Source: Phoronis australis
Lineage: Eukaryota; Animalia; Phoronida
Assembly: GCA_002633005.1 (NCBI GenBank)
Contig: NMRA01000436.1
Coordinates: forward strand, 1-64,000
Length of the DNA stretch: 64,000 nucleotides
Direction: 5' to 3'
Part shown: one piece after another, positions 53,801 through 62,275 of the stretch
Position numbering within the stretch: position 1 is the first letter of the stretch
Layout of the letters: every line of letters begins with the position of its first letter
Translations under genes and position numbers: made by a program
Notes under the pieces: generated by a model
The model's database searches: none
Seen by the model: only the letters and a program-made list of their open reading frames with translations
What the model was told of the DNA's origin: nothing

Positions 53801-55719
53801 GAATTCGCTCTTGCTAAATTTTGGCCAGGTTAGTTTGCTCACCCTAACAGTAGCTCCAGAGTCGCTTGCCTCTTTACTGCTGAGTCCTCCGAAACGGAAA
53901 AGCAAGAGCTTTGTGGTAGTTGAAACATTCAAAAAAACTGTTTGAGTCTGAAGATAATCTCGCTAAAGAAGAAGAAAATGTCTTTGGAGAGTTCAAGGTT
54001 GTGGTGAACTCATGTCTGAGGCTAATGTGAAGCTCCGAGAAGCATTGTGACTAGTTCATCAGCAGTCTCCAAGCATAACCGTTGCATCCATAATGCCAAG
54101 TGTGATAAACTGAATAAACACATTAATGAAATCCATATTGACAGCAAAACACATCCAGTCTGAAGAAATCCAACAAAGCATAGAGTGTGTGCCCAGTTTT
54201 GCTGAGAACATTAATTTGTTGAGTATAGCTTACAAATTGTGTAAGTGTTCCGTATGTGCACTGATATGTAGATTGTTGTTGTTTTGTGGTTTAAAGCTAA
54301 TTTTTTTCGAGTTTTGTGCAGAGACAACAAAAATACTCCTATTTTTTCCCATTTTGTCATAATTTTTTCCTATTTTTTTGTAATTTTCTACCGAAAATTT
54401 CCTATTTTTTCAAGGCCTTATGTTACTTGACGCCCTGGAGTTGTGTTAGTTCAACTGTAGTATCTTGTACTCGTTAACGGTTTCTTCCTAAAATGAAGTT
54501 TCACATGATAAGTTGTGTTCTTTGGAGCTTATGAATGCCTGCATGAACTTAAAGGCGAAGGCAAACTTTTTCATGTCTTTTGTAGCAAAAATAAGGTTTT
54601 TTGGTTATCCCAGACATATATTCCACTTAATTACAACTTTTCGTAATTTAATTAAGTATTCGTTCTCTACTCCAGAAGTGATGTTTTGGGAGGCAAGAAT
54701 TTCGCTCCAATTTCTTTTTATATAGTCTGACTGTGAGAGCTGCCGAGTCAGTCATTATTCTATCTTGGTTGTGATAAGCTTTGCCGTCGTTTGCTTTTGT
54801 TTACAAGTCAGTCAACATGCCACACTGTTGCTGCATACCGGGATGTACTCATTATCATCTCATGGACAGAGAAACAACTGTCTCACTTGCCCGAGTGTCC
54901 CGTAACACACTCCCACTGGATAGTGACCTGAGCACACAAACTGCTCACATCCCGCCGTGTGACTCCCTTGTCAAACACCTGGCACCTTCTAAATAGCTCT
55001 AATACTTATTTAAGACAAGTCCACAATAAACTTATCAAAGTTTGGCTCGCTGGTCTGTTCATTGAATAAGGAACTGTACTCTTCACTGGGCCTGTATTTA
55101 CTCCCACTGCTCAACTTTGCAGCAGGGCTGCTTACAGGCTTTGGGCCATAATAAGTACATACCGGTACGCAGCAACAGTGTGGCATGTTGACTGACTCGT
55201 AAACAAAAGCAAACGATGACCAAACTTATCACAACCGAGGTAGATCAATGACTGACTCGACAGCTCTCATAGTCAGACTATATGAAAAGAAATTGCCGAG
55301 AAATTCTTGCCTCCCAAAACGTCACTTCCGGAATAGAAAACGAATAATTAAATTATGAAAAGCTGTAATTAAGTGGAATATATATCTGGGATAATCTACG
55401 ATGACATGAAAAAAGGTTGCTTTTGCCTTTAAAAATGCCAACATGGAGTCCATGTATTCTTAAAATGATCTAAGCCCCCCTCCCCCTCCCCCGATTAAAT
55501 TGCAATGTTCTCACCTAAATTTACATGTTTTACTCGCAGGCTAAAATACAGAAAGTAATCAATGAGTGTCAGAAGAAGAAACAAGACAAGGTTGAAGTGG
55601 CAGTGATTGATAAGATATTGAGTAACACCACTGACAATGGACCCCAAGCTGTGAAGCAGGAGAAGGCAAAGGAAGAGACACTGGGCAAGACAACGTCACA
55701 AGCCTGTACTGTACAGTAG
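8853..55719 (+). CDS. KIF28: Kinesin-3 family KIF28/KLP-6-like gene, 25 coding exons, 2922 nt CDS, 973 aa (manual splice reconstruction)
   Basis: Exons join in phase with no stops. Motor motifs present: [23 protein letters not shown]-loop GQTGSGKS, switch I NATSSRAH, switch [28 protein letters not shown]. Kinesin-3 NLNEDP precedes an FHA ([10 protein letters not shown]). [11 protein letters not shown] and DPFYE motifs follow. Length and lack of PH/CAP-Gly tail fit KIF28 better than KIF1/KIF13 (recognition, not a search). Confidence 0.88.
8895..11514 (+). other. U12-type (minor spliceosome) AT-AC intron 1
   Basis: 5' ATATCCTTTT at 8895, branch site TTCCTTAAC at 11497-11505, terminal AC at 11513-11514. 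Removal restores RVRPF|NSRE. Confidence 0.93.
9880..10459 (+). mobile_element. 580-bp MITE, TIR CT(C/T)GCTGGTTCCCT, 10-bp TSD TGGCTGAACT
   Basis: TSD at 9870-9879 and 10460-10469. Related copies at 62129-62275 and 62964-63028. Confidence 0.85.
11515..11709 (+). CDS. KIF28: exon 2 ([15 protein letters not shown]...SRYADQ)
   Basis: Follows TTCCTTAAC...AC acceptor. Contains [12 protein letters not shown]. Donor GTAATG. Confidence 0.92.
12606..15309 (+). mobile_element. Two nested Helentron/HINE-like non-autonomous elements (second start at about 13411; N gap 13786-14281)
   Basis: 5' hairpin ATGCGCCCAC..ATAT/ATATGTGGACGCAT, (GTCC)n, about 150-bp CTAGTGGC tandem units, 3' GGGCGCAT + CAACG..CGTTG hairpin + CTCTTGTT. 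Confidence 0.75.
15771..15903 (+). CDS. KIF28: exon 3 (P-loop GQTGSGKS)
   Basis: ttttgcag acceptor, [24 protein letters not shown] donor phase 1. Confidence 0.95.
16121..16203 (+). CDS. KIF28: exon 4 ([11 protein letters not shown]...EYQ)
   Basis: AG/GT boundaries, phase match, kinesin GIIP motif. Confidence 0.93.
16707..17252. mobile_element. Element with 18-bp perfect inverted ends and a Crypton-like peptide remnant
   Basis: TAGAGAGGTTTCGCAAAG / CTTTGCGAAACCTCTCTA. Internal [13 protein letters not shown] at 17043. Confidence 0.5.
18234..18600. mobile_element. TTAA-flanked MITE (Kolobok-like)
   Basis: TTAA|AAGGATAC ... GTATCCTT|TTAA. Confidence 0.6.
18751..18865 (+). CDS. KIF28: exon 5 ([17 protein letters not shown]...GFY)
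   Basis: EIYNE motif, cgcag acceptor, GTAAG donor. Confidence 0.93.
19048..19159 (+). CDS. KIF28: exon 6 (VDNL...[13 protein letters not shown])
   Basis: Switch I region, AG/GT, phase 1 to 2. Confidence 0.93.
19575..19682 (+). CDS. KIF28: exon 7 (RAHTIV...NLVDLAGS)
   Basis: Switch I/II motifs, AG/GT. Confidence 0.95.
20351..21437 (+). mobile_element. Internally deleted mariner (DD34D-type) transposon
   Basis: About 28-bp TIRs CGAGGGTCGTTCAA(C/T)AAGTTCTCG, TA at the right end (TG at the left), transposase ORF inside. Confidence 0.93.
20577..21371 (+). pseudogene. Mariner transposase remnant (264 aa)
   Basis: [37 protein letters not shown]. The N-terminal HTH/WVPHEL region is largely missing and YSPDL is degenerate. 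Confidence 0.88.
22149..22282 (+). CDS. KIF28: exon 8 ([16 protein letters not shown]...KVQ)
   Basis: Kinesin-3 loop 11/alpha-4 signature, GTGAGT donor. Confidence 0.95.
22548..22618 (+). CDS. KIF28: exon 9 ([24 protein letters not shown])
   Basis: Conserved motif, AG/GTAAG. Confidence 0.95.
23100..23457. repeat. 27-bp minisatellite (GGGTCTTTACTCTGTGTTCTGGGCTCA), about 13 copies
   Basis: Direct reading. Confidence 0.95.
23701..23761 (+). CDS. KIF28: exon 10 ([20 protein letters not shown])
   Basis: Conserved motif, AG/GTAAG. Confidence 0.95.
24261..24422 (+). CDS. KIF28: exon 11 ([16 protein letters not shown]...; neck)
   Basis: End of motor and neck coil [13 protein letters not shown]. 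Confidence 0.92.
25045..25262. repeat. 40-bp minisatellite, about 5 copies
   Basis: CCTCCAATCATGAGTTTGACAATGTTACATTAGGCGTGTG repeated. Confidence 0.95.
25419..25534 (+). CDS. KIF28: exon 12 (coiled coil ...KTWEQRL...)
   Basis: Kinesin-3 WEQRL motif, phases match. Confidence 0.9.
26295..26409 (+). CDS. KIF28: exon 13 ([12 protein letters not shown])
   Basis: NLNEDP motif preceding FHA. Confidence 0.9.
26697..26760 (+). CDS. KIF28: exon 14 ([22 protein letters not shown]; FHA)
   Basis: ttccag acceptor, GTAGGT donor, phase 1 to 2. Confidence 0.88.
27476..27683 (+). CDS. KIF28: exon 15 (IQAEHA...[13 protein letters not shown]; FHA)
   Basis: FHA core motifs, GTGAGT donor. Confidence 0.92.
28549..28680. 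repeat. 44-bp tandem repeat x3
   Basis: TTTTGGAAGGACATGTCTTTGAACTTAG(C/G)TGAATGACAACAGTA. Confidence 0.9.
29271..30635 (+). mobile_element. Non-autonomous DNA transposon, CATG termini, 2-bp TSD (TA), CMC/EnSpm-like; spans N gap 29706-30373
   Basis: Near-identical to 41183-42931. Imperfect TIR CATGCTATGAACATTCCCACTA / TAGTGGATGTGTTCATGACATG. Confidence 0.75.
31529..31628 (+). CDS. KIF28: exon 16 ([14 protein letters not shown]...)
   Basis: Post-FHA AQEEI motif, AG/GT, phase 0 to 1. Confidence 0.88.
32204..32352 (+). CDS. KIF28: exon 17 ([32 protein letters not shown]...TE)
   Basis: Kinesin-3 EANAxSxEL motif. Confidence 0.92.
32966..34345. repeat. 33-bp minisatellite (GTTATCATGCCATTTAGA(C/T)GAGACCATGTTAAT), about 42 copies
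   Basis: Direct reading. It explains the long periodic ORFs in the track. Confidence 0.97.
34547..34684 (+). CDS. KIF28: exon 18 (VCVCMKDL...[14 protein letters not shown]...)
   Basis: KF.NR..MQEMY motif, AG/GTAAGT. Confidence 0.92.
35940..36078 (+). CDS. KIF28: exon 19 ([16 protein letters not shown]...)
   Basis: DPF..IG motif, phases match. Confidence 0.9.
36530..36615 (+). CDS. KIF28: exon 20 ([10 protein letters not shown]...FVEDPQQL)
   Basis: Strong acceptor, phase 1 to 0, FVEDP motif. Confidence 0.87.
36751..38076 (+). mobile_element. Helentron/HINE-like element (N gap 36821-37144)
   Basis: Same termini and tandem units as the 12606-15309 family. Confidence 0.78.
38930..39216 (-). 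mobile_element. Probable Harbinger-like MITE end rich in CGAGTAC/GTACTCG motifs
   Basis: Repeated gagtac/gtactc motifs ending at GGAGACCGGGCCC. The other end was not found (N join at 38487). Confidence 0.4.
39586..39654 (+). CDS. KIF28: exon 21 ([23 protein letters not shown])
   Basis: AG/GTGAG, C2-like strand with GLP motif. Confidence 0.87.
39885..40290. repeat. 24-bp minisatellite (ACCTACAGCATATAATAATGACAC-like), about 16 copies
   Basis: Direct reading. Confidence 0.93.
40363..40485 (+). CDS. KIF28: exon 22 ([10 protein letters not shown]...[10 protein letters not shown]...VTPQ)
   Basis: NPxF C2-like motif, AG/GTAATG. Confidence 0.87.
40767..40915. repeat. 47-bp minisatellite, left part
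   Basis: CCAGGCTTGTCATGCTGGGTTAGTGTGATTGCTGAAGACCATGAGGT x3. Confidence 0.92.
40916..46310 (-). mobile_element. Academ-like DNA transposon remnant, TIR TAGTCGGTGG(T/G)CCAGAT, 3-bp TSD CTT
   Basis: TIRs at both ends, TSD at 40913-40915 and 46311-46313, decayed minus-strand coding remnants ([30 protein letters not shown]). Confidence 0.75.
41183..42931 (+). mobile_element. Complete copy of the CATG-ended CMC-like element, 2-bp TSD AA, nested in the Academ-like element
   Basis: AA|CATGCTATGAAC ... GTTCACGACATG|AA. Matches 29271-30635. Confidence 0.8.
46311..46594. repeat. 47-bp minisatellite, right part (continues the array interrupted at 40916)
   Basis: Resumes exactly in register: CTT GTCATGCTGGGTTAG. 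Confidence 0.92.
46732..46872 (+). CDS. KIF28: exon 23 ([18 protein letters not shown]...KK)
   Basis: LxYL...L.IEV.G motif, strong acceptor. The donor GTATTA is less certain. Confidence 0.82.
47880..47957 (+). CDS. KIF28: exon 24 ([26 protein letters not shown])
   Basis: tttgtttag acceptor, GTGAG donor, coiled-coil character. Confidence 0.82.
50259..51189 (+). mobile_element. Helentron/HINE-like element, internally deleted
   Basis: TTTTATGCGCCCACATAT start and GGGCGCATTTCAATGCTCCACGTTGCTCTTGTT end. Confidence 0.78.
51840..54437. mobile_element. hAT-like non-autonomous element, TIR CAGGGCGTCAAGT
   Basis: 13-bp perfect TIRs, subterminal TTCCTATTTTTT repeats at both ends, flanks GACTTG / GAGTTG. 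Confidence 0.7.
54553..55428. mobile_element. Kolobok-like foldback MITE, TTAA TSD, about 290-bp inverted arms each with a THAP-like start
   Basis: TTAA|AGGCGAAGGCAA ... TTGCTTTTGCCT|TTAA. Arms encode [11 protein letters not shown] and [11 protein letters not shown]. Confidence 0.8.
55540..55719 (+). CDS. KIF28: exon 25, terminal ([10 protein letters not shown]...TSQACTVQ*)
   Basis: ctcgcag acceptor in phase 0. Continues the coil and ends in CaaX-type CTVQ then TAG. Confidence 0.85.
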   Translation, partial: AKIQKVINECQKKKQDKVEVAVIDKILSNTTDNGPQAVKQEKAKEETLGKTTSQACTVQ

Positions 55720-56208
55720 GCGCTGCCTGCAGGATTTAATGGCGAACACACATTGGGCCTGAGAGCACCGAAGTTTAGTAGAGACCCAGCCAATGAACGT
55801 AATGAAATTTGAAAATTTAGTTGAAATGTGTTCTGTGTGGATGATAAACTTTTTAAAAATCAAGTTTCAAGTTAATATTCGATACTTTCCTATCCTTTAT
55901 CTTGTGTTATAGCATTAACCTTGCTAAGATGACATTTATCTTTTTAACAAGCTACTTACATTGTGTTGGGTTCCCCACCCTGCGCCCCCTGTTGGTCACT
56001 TTCAATTTTGTATTGGGAGAAGTGAAAACTTCCTGCTGACACTATCCTTTGCTTTTAAAAACTCCACTGATCTGAATTTTAGGAGAGTCTACAAGATGTA
56101 GCAGCTTAGTTACTGGCCACATATTCATGTAGGTTTCAGCTAGGGCCACAATATGAGGAAGTTGTGCCTGGCCAAAGTAGAACAAGAAAATGTCATAATA
56201 ATGAACAA

Positions 56209-56229
56209 AATAAAACAAAATAGAATAAA
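56209..56229 (+). terminator. Candidate polyadenylation signals (two AATAAA)
   Basis: AATAAA at 56209 and 56224, about 500 nt after the stop. The context is A-rich, so this may be chance. Confidence 0.25.
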
Positions 56230-57478
56230 CAAAGATTGTAACTTGTGCAAAAAGATTTCGAAATTTTCAATATTGGCTGTCACAGATTCAAATTAGGTAT
56301 GGACACTTTCACCAAAAATTTGCTGGTTATATCATCGTGTGTTTTCCACATTACGGTTATATATAACATTTTGTTTACCACTCTAACACTATAGTCAACC
56401 ACCTTTTCTTTCTCCAAGTAGAGAAAATTTTACAGTTTACTCTAATGCTGGTATTTTTTCACCATGCACGTTTTGTTTGCTGAAGCTGCTGTAAATGTTT
56501 TGGTACTTGTTTGTGTAATTGTGTTGCCTTTTATTACCTGCCACTTTCAACCACGCACATTGACAGAGTCGTTACGGATTTACTTATTACATTGACTTTA
56601 TATAGTATTTATTTTGTTATTTACCTGTTTTTATCAAGCTCTTTACTTATCTAAGATGTACTACCTTTACTTTGAATGTGATCTGCATGTATAAGGTTGT
56701 AATTTTTAAACTAATATGTCTGATCTTAGGAGGAGGTCTCCATACAACGTGTTGGGCTGGACCCTTCGTTTTAGTTGATTTACATGTATCTACTGGCAAA
56801 TGGCATTAAGGTTATTTTTTGTAGATGTTAATCAGGTTATTTCTTTTGTCATAGCTGTAATCCAGAAGAATTAACATTCTTTAATTCGGGTACTTCATCT
56901 GCAGCGAAACGTGCTATGCCATTTTTTAAATGCATTAGGTGATGACCATCGACTTGTAAAACATGGAGACTTGTACAAACTTGGACTGCATTTCGTTGAT
57001 GCAAGAACTTAGACAGTAAGGCAATGGGGACTACGCGCATTGATTTTAATGCATGGCAATATCTTGCTAAGTCGTGCTTAATCTTGCATTCTCGGTAATT
57101 TTTTGATCTAAGCAAGGCAGGCCTGCCCATTTAGGTGGTGAGATTTTTTTAACTTCACTGTGATCGAGTGGTGCCTGCTTGAGAGTCATTCTCATAAATG
57201 ATATCATGTCAAAAGTCTATACATTCATTTGATGCGTTTGCAGCTCATTTCACTTTTTGTTTTCCTGTGATTTTTGTTGCAGTTGAACTTGCACCAAAAC
57301 TATGTTGCAAAGGACCTTGCTTTGTATTAGGGTAAGCGCCAGTGTCAAGTGCTATTTTTCATAAAGTTTTATATGACGGTACTGGATTCGTACGAGTAGA
57401 CGGTCATTATCTATAATGGATTTGAAAAACAATGGCAGGTATGTAGATAAGCACCAGCAGCGCTGTAGATGAGCAACG

Positions 57479-57625
57479 TCAGTGCTGTATATGAACCATG
57501 ACAGTGCTGTACATGAACCATGACAGTGCTGTACATGAACCATGACAGTGCTGTACATGAACCATGACAGTGCTGTAGGTGAGCAATGGCAGTGCTGTAT
57601 ATGAGCAATGGTAGTGCTGTAGATG
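57479..57625. repeat. 22-bp tandem repeat (CAGTGCTGTACATGAACCATGA)
   Basis: Direct reading. Confidence 0.9.
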
Positions 57626-59102
57626 AGATTACCCCAATTGACAGCGACCCTGTTGCTCCTTTTTTCAGAAAGTACTCACCATTGTTTTGTCTCTCTTAGC
57701 AATCTACTACTGTTGTTGTGTTGGACTGTTTAAAGCTTTTCTTTGTCTAATTACTTTGGCAGCGTCCATTGAGTCTAGTGCTGATCTTGCCAGTTTGCTG
57801 ACTGAGATTACACATCAATAAGGCACCATCTAGCTTATGTTTGCAAATAATCTTGTGGCCTTACTAGTGAACACTAGAGACAGCCACTGAAAATGATTCA
57901 TCAAAGCCAGAATGTTTAATACAAGAGTAAGTGTTATGTCTCTATGTAGCATTACTGAACATGCCCCCTTAAGTTCTGTTATTTGAAGTCAGTTTAAGTC
58001 ACCTCTGTCATGTTGCAATATTTGACATACTTCGTTTCCTGTGTCATAAAGGATTTAATTTTGAATGTTCCTAGTCGGCTATGTGGTGGAAATCAATTTC
58101 TGGACTTCCAAATAGATAACATCTCCATTAACTGCAGATCGGTCAGTGTTGGTTACCTATCGCAGGTAACTGTGGAGGAGCCATTTTAAGTGGTTTTAAA
58201 AGGAGAGACTGATTACTTTGTGCTATATGTCAAGAATGAGAAAATTAAAGGTTTTCGTCAATTTGCAAAAAAGTTATGCCATCCAGAATTACTAACCAGA
58301 GTTGTACGTCTGATGATTTAGTTGTTTGTGATGGAGGTCCAGAGTGGGCACGGTACTCTTTAAGTAACCACAGTTTGATGTAATTTGTTTTCGTTGGCCT
58401 ATAGGGTTGGTCCAAAACGCTGTGAATTATATTGGTATCTTGTTCTGTGTACAATTATTAGCATTTTGTGAGGGATTTTGTTAGTACACGTACACTCCTG
58501 TATTGCATAATCCCTGAGCTAATCAAAATATGTTAAGAGTTGTGATCTGATATTTCAACAGTCTTGTCCTCTTGGTATATATGTGTCTATAGATTGATCT
58601 AGCTATCAGAACACCTGATATTTCAACAGTCTTGTCCTCTTGGTGTATTTGTCTATAGATTGATCTAGTTATCAGCACATCTGTCCTGTGGCAACTAACC
58701 AAAGAGTTTTAGTGAGGTATATTTTCTTAGTATGGTTTTTCAAATACTTCTAATCAGTTGTTTTACTCTGTTATATTGTAAAGAGTATTGGACAGTCTAT
58801 TATCCAAGAAATATAATTTTATATTCATGTTACTTCTTATTGCTCAAACAGTGGATTAAGATAGCAGAAATTTTAAATTAAATGCAAACCTTATTTTTTA
58901 TTATTAACCTCTCAGTATACAGAAAACAAAGCACCACGTTAAACGCCTACTCTTTCCGTCTATGGTCGAAGTTTTTTAAATGTATTTCATGTAATTGTGT
59001 TCCTCCATTACTTTATTCAAAATTCATATCACGTTGACAAGCTGATCAGAAGTTTTTAAGTGCTCGTTTGGAATGGATTACTAAACGTTTCATCACTTCA
59101 AG

Positions 59103-60206
59103 AACAAGAGCAACGCAGAGCGTTGAAATGCGCCCACAATTGCACCGCATACGGTATCCTTCTAGGGTTGTTTATTGGTACCACAAAGTGGCCAGTAGAG
59201 GGCATATATGTAGTATGTTGTACTTAGCAAAATGGAAAGGCATGGTCATTGTCTCCTCAATAGGCTAGGGGCAAAATGTGAGTAATCTTCATAATACAAG
59301 CACATCCTATACACCAGTTGCTTAAAGCACCACAGAAACATAGAATAAAAACAAATTTACCAACATACGAGATTAGCACAGCATTAGAATGCCAGAAACA
59401 AATTTCTACTTGGAACTTTTCCTTCATAGTCACGAAGTAACACAAAGTATACACCTGAAGACCTATGAAAATACAGAGGTCAATGTAAAATACTATAAAT
59501 TGCCACTAGAGGCAAATACTAAAATTGCCACTAGAGGCATACCGGTAGTCAGAATCATCCTAAAGTCGTCATCGTCCGTTGTCAACATCACATCAATACA
59601 CTTGCTAAATTTAGTAAAGATCCTGCAAACGGTTTGGGAGATACAACCATGGGCGCAAAAAAAACAAAACTGCCACTAGGAGGTGCCACAGTAGTCCAAA
59701 TCGTCTGAAAATCATTGTCAGCTGTCTTCCTTATAGTAAGCACATACACGGCAATTTTCACAATCATCCTTTGAGCGGTTTGATTGATAGAGGGGTGGAC
59801 GCAAAAATACAGACTCGAAAACAGTAAAAATGGCCACTAGGTGGCGCAAACTATGTCGAATCCATCTGAAAACGGGAGGATAGCGTCATCTCACTAATAG
59901 GTGCCTACATACCAAATTTCATGAAAATCCGTTCAGGACTTTTGAAGATACAAAGGTAAGCGTAAAAAACTAAAATTGCCACTAGGGGGCACACCGGTAG
60001 TCGGATCCGTCCGAAAGTTCGCACATGCCGTCCCATTCATGAATGGAACATATGTGCCAAATTTCATGAACGTATGTCAAAGGGTTTTGGAGATAGAGCA
60101 GCGGACGCCGGACGCCGGACGCCGGACGGACGGACGGACGGACGGACGGACGGACGGACGGAGATGACGGCATAATGCGTCCACATATAAATATGTGGGC
60201 GCATAA
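59103..60206 (-). mobile_element. Complete Helentron/HINE-like element on the minus strand
   Basis: AACAAGAGCAACG..CGTTGAAATGCGCCCA at the left, (GGAC)n and ATGCGTCCACATAT..ATATGTGGGCGCATAA at the right. Confidence 0.82.
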
Positions 60207-61254
60207 CAAATCATTGCGGTAACGCGGCGTTCTCAGTCTTGTTAAGGTAGGGATGACGTACCCGTGCGGCTCCACGACCACATCCTTTTGTCGAAGAACA
60301 GACGGATGGACTGGTTATTGCTTGCTGGGTTGCTAAGACAAAAACGTCTGCCAATTTTCCCAATGATCCTTCGAGAGGTTTGTCGGATAGACAGGCGGAC
60401 GGTAACTAGAAAACATTCTAGAAAAGTTTTGTCTTCTTCATGCTGCAGAATGCGTCAAATCCGGCCTCCGAAAATGGAAAGCTCATGTCGCCTGCTTAAT
60501 AGAAAACCATTTGCCAAATTTCACGAACATTTATTAAGTAACTTCGATTCAGAGTCCATCGTAAAAAAACTAAAATTGTCACTAGCGGGCTCAGCAGTTA
60601 TCTGTCGTCAGCTTTATTGAGTCATAGATTATAGACTACAGATTCGCAACTCCGACATTTTATTCCGTGCTATCCTTGAGTAGGCGTCACTCTCCTAAAT
60701 TATCCGTTTCAGTTTCCTGTTGGTGTATTCTGACGGGAAATTCTCGCATATATTTTACTGTCAGCGAAAAAAAAGTTCGGCATTGAAACGGTGTTCAAAG
60801 TCTTCCAATACTAGTATCGTAAGTACTTTTGGCAATGTAATTGCAAAATTCAAACTTCAGTGCCGACTGATTTTGTCGTCTGGTTGCACAATACTACTAG
60901 CAGCACATTGTTACTCCAGACAGTTTGGGATTCAGGGTTCACTTGCTGAGCAAATAACGAAAGCGCATTTGTGCAGAAGTTCTAATGAGAATCTGTGAAT
61001 GCAAAAGAAACTTAGGCCTATATAACGTTTTTGTTTTAGAAATTTATTAATTATGTTCGGATTAAAAATGCGCCTCGGAAATGATTTCACTGGTCTAACT
61101 TCCGTAGGCCTATGTTTTGTAATTAAACATTCTCAAGTGAGCAGTTCTTTGGAAAGTGTTAAGTGGCCCTTAAAAGGGCCGTTGGTTGTATTGTGCATGA
61201 GCCCTAGGTATAGCGTGAAATGGTTAAGAACCGTTGAATAATTCAACATGACTC

Positions 61255-61572
61255 CGGTGGCGGATCTAGGATACCATATGAGGGGCCCAAGTTGTTACCT
61301 TTGGCACAGCGCAACAGTGTATGTTCACAGCCGGCCTGAAAGTTACAGGGGCTGGGATGTGGACCTTATGTCCAAAAATCAATCGGTGGACTAAATAAAT
61401 AAAAAGGGGACACGATTCCGTCGCGGTCTGGGGTCTGAGTGAGCCCACCCACCCTCCCCCCCTCATCTGCTGCCGGTTCTGGTTCCTGAACTCAATCACG
61501 CTTCACGCTGTTGCTGTTTCATTTGGCTTGCGGTAGCCAAGGGGGAGGTGTAACCCCCTAAATCCGCCAATG
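61255..61572. mobile_element. Small hAT-like MITE (GTGGCGGATCTAGG ... CCTAAATCCGCCAATG)
   Basis: Imperfect TIRs. A similar end TAGATCCGCCACTG occurs at about 6871-6884. Confidence 0.5.
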
Positions 61573-62128
61573 AACTCACACAGTATGACGTGCTCACTCA
61601 AGTAATGAAGGTCTTCTTCATTCAAGTTTTCATCAGGGAAGGTTGGATGAAAACAGAGATGACAATATCGATGACAATTGTAACACCTTAAATACGGTAG
61701 TTGTTACCGTTCATCAACGTTTTATCACGAACTCTGCCTCTTCAGTTCTCGTTCCTGGATTCACAAGTAATCCTGAACTGTAGGGAAAAAAAGACAGACA
61801 ACGCAACGAATCAAATTTCGAAAAGCATCGCCTTCGTACGATTCCGTGTAGGCTATTACATCGCCCTGGATGCCGCTGACATACATTACATCTCCCTGGA
61901 GGCCGCAGGCATACGGGCGCGACAGTACATCCCCACAAAAAGTTAAGAATTTCAAAATACAGGAAACAAAATCAGATGAAACATGCATATATGCACATGG
62001 AGTTATAATTAAAACATACCATAATTCTTGAGACGATTCATGTCAAGATAATTTGAAGTAATCGATGAAAATCTGACCTGGTTTGCTCGAGTTTCTCTTA
62101 CCGGGTACCATTTTGAGGAAGTTACGCN

Positions 62129-62275
62129 GTTTGTTTGCGCAAAGCGCTGCCTGTTGACGAATCGACTAGCCAATCAGAAACGCCGGTGTAAAAAAATTTA
62201 CAGAGGAAATTTAAGTGATACCTGCGTGCTGGCGCGGCTACCGCCCCACCTAGCGGCACGCAGGGAACCAGCGAG
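62129..62275 (-). mobile_element. Truncated copy of the 9880 MITE family next to a single-N join
   Basis: Reverse complement of 9880-10020. Ends CAGGGAACCAGCGAG. Confidence 0.8.

Noticed and set aside
56849-57130. 93-aa minus-strand ORF downstream of the kinesin
   Set aside because: No recognisable motif or supporting exon structure. Likely chance in 3' UTR or intergenic DNA.
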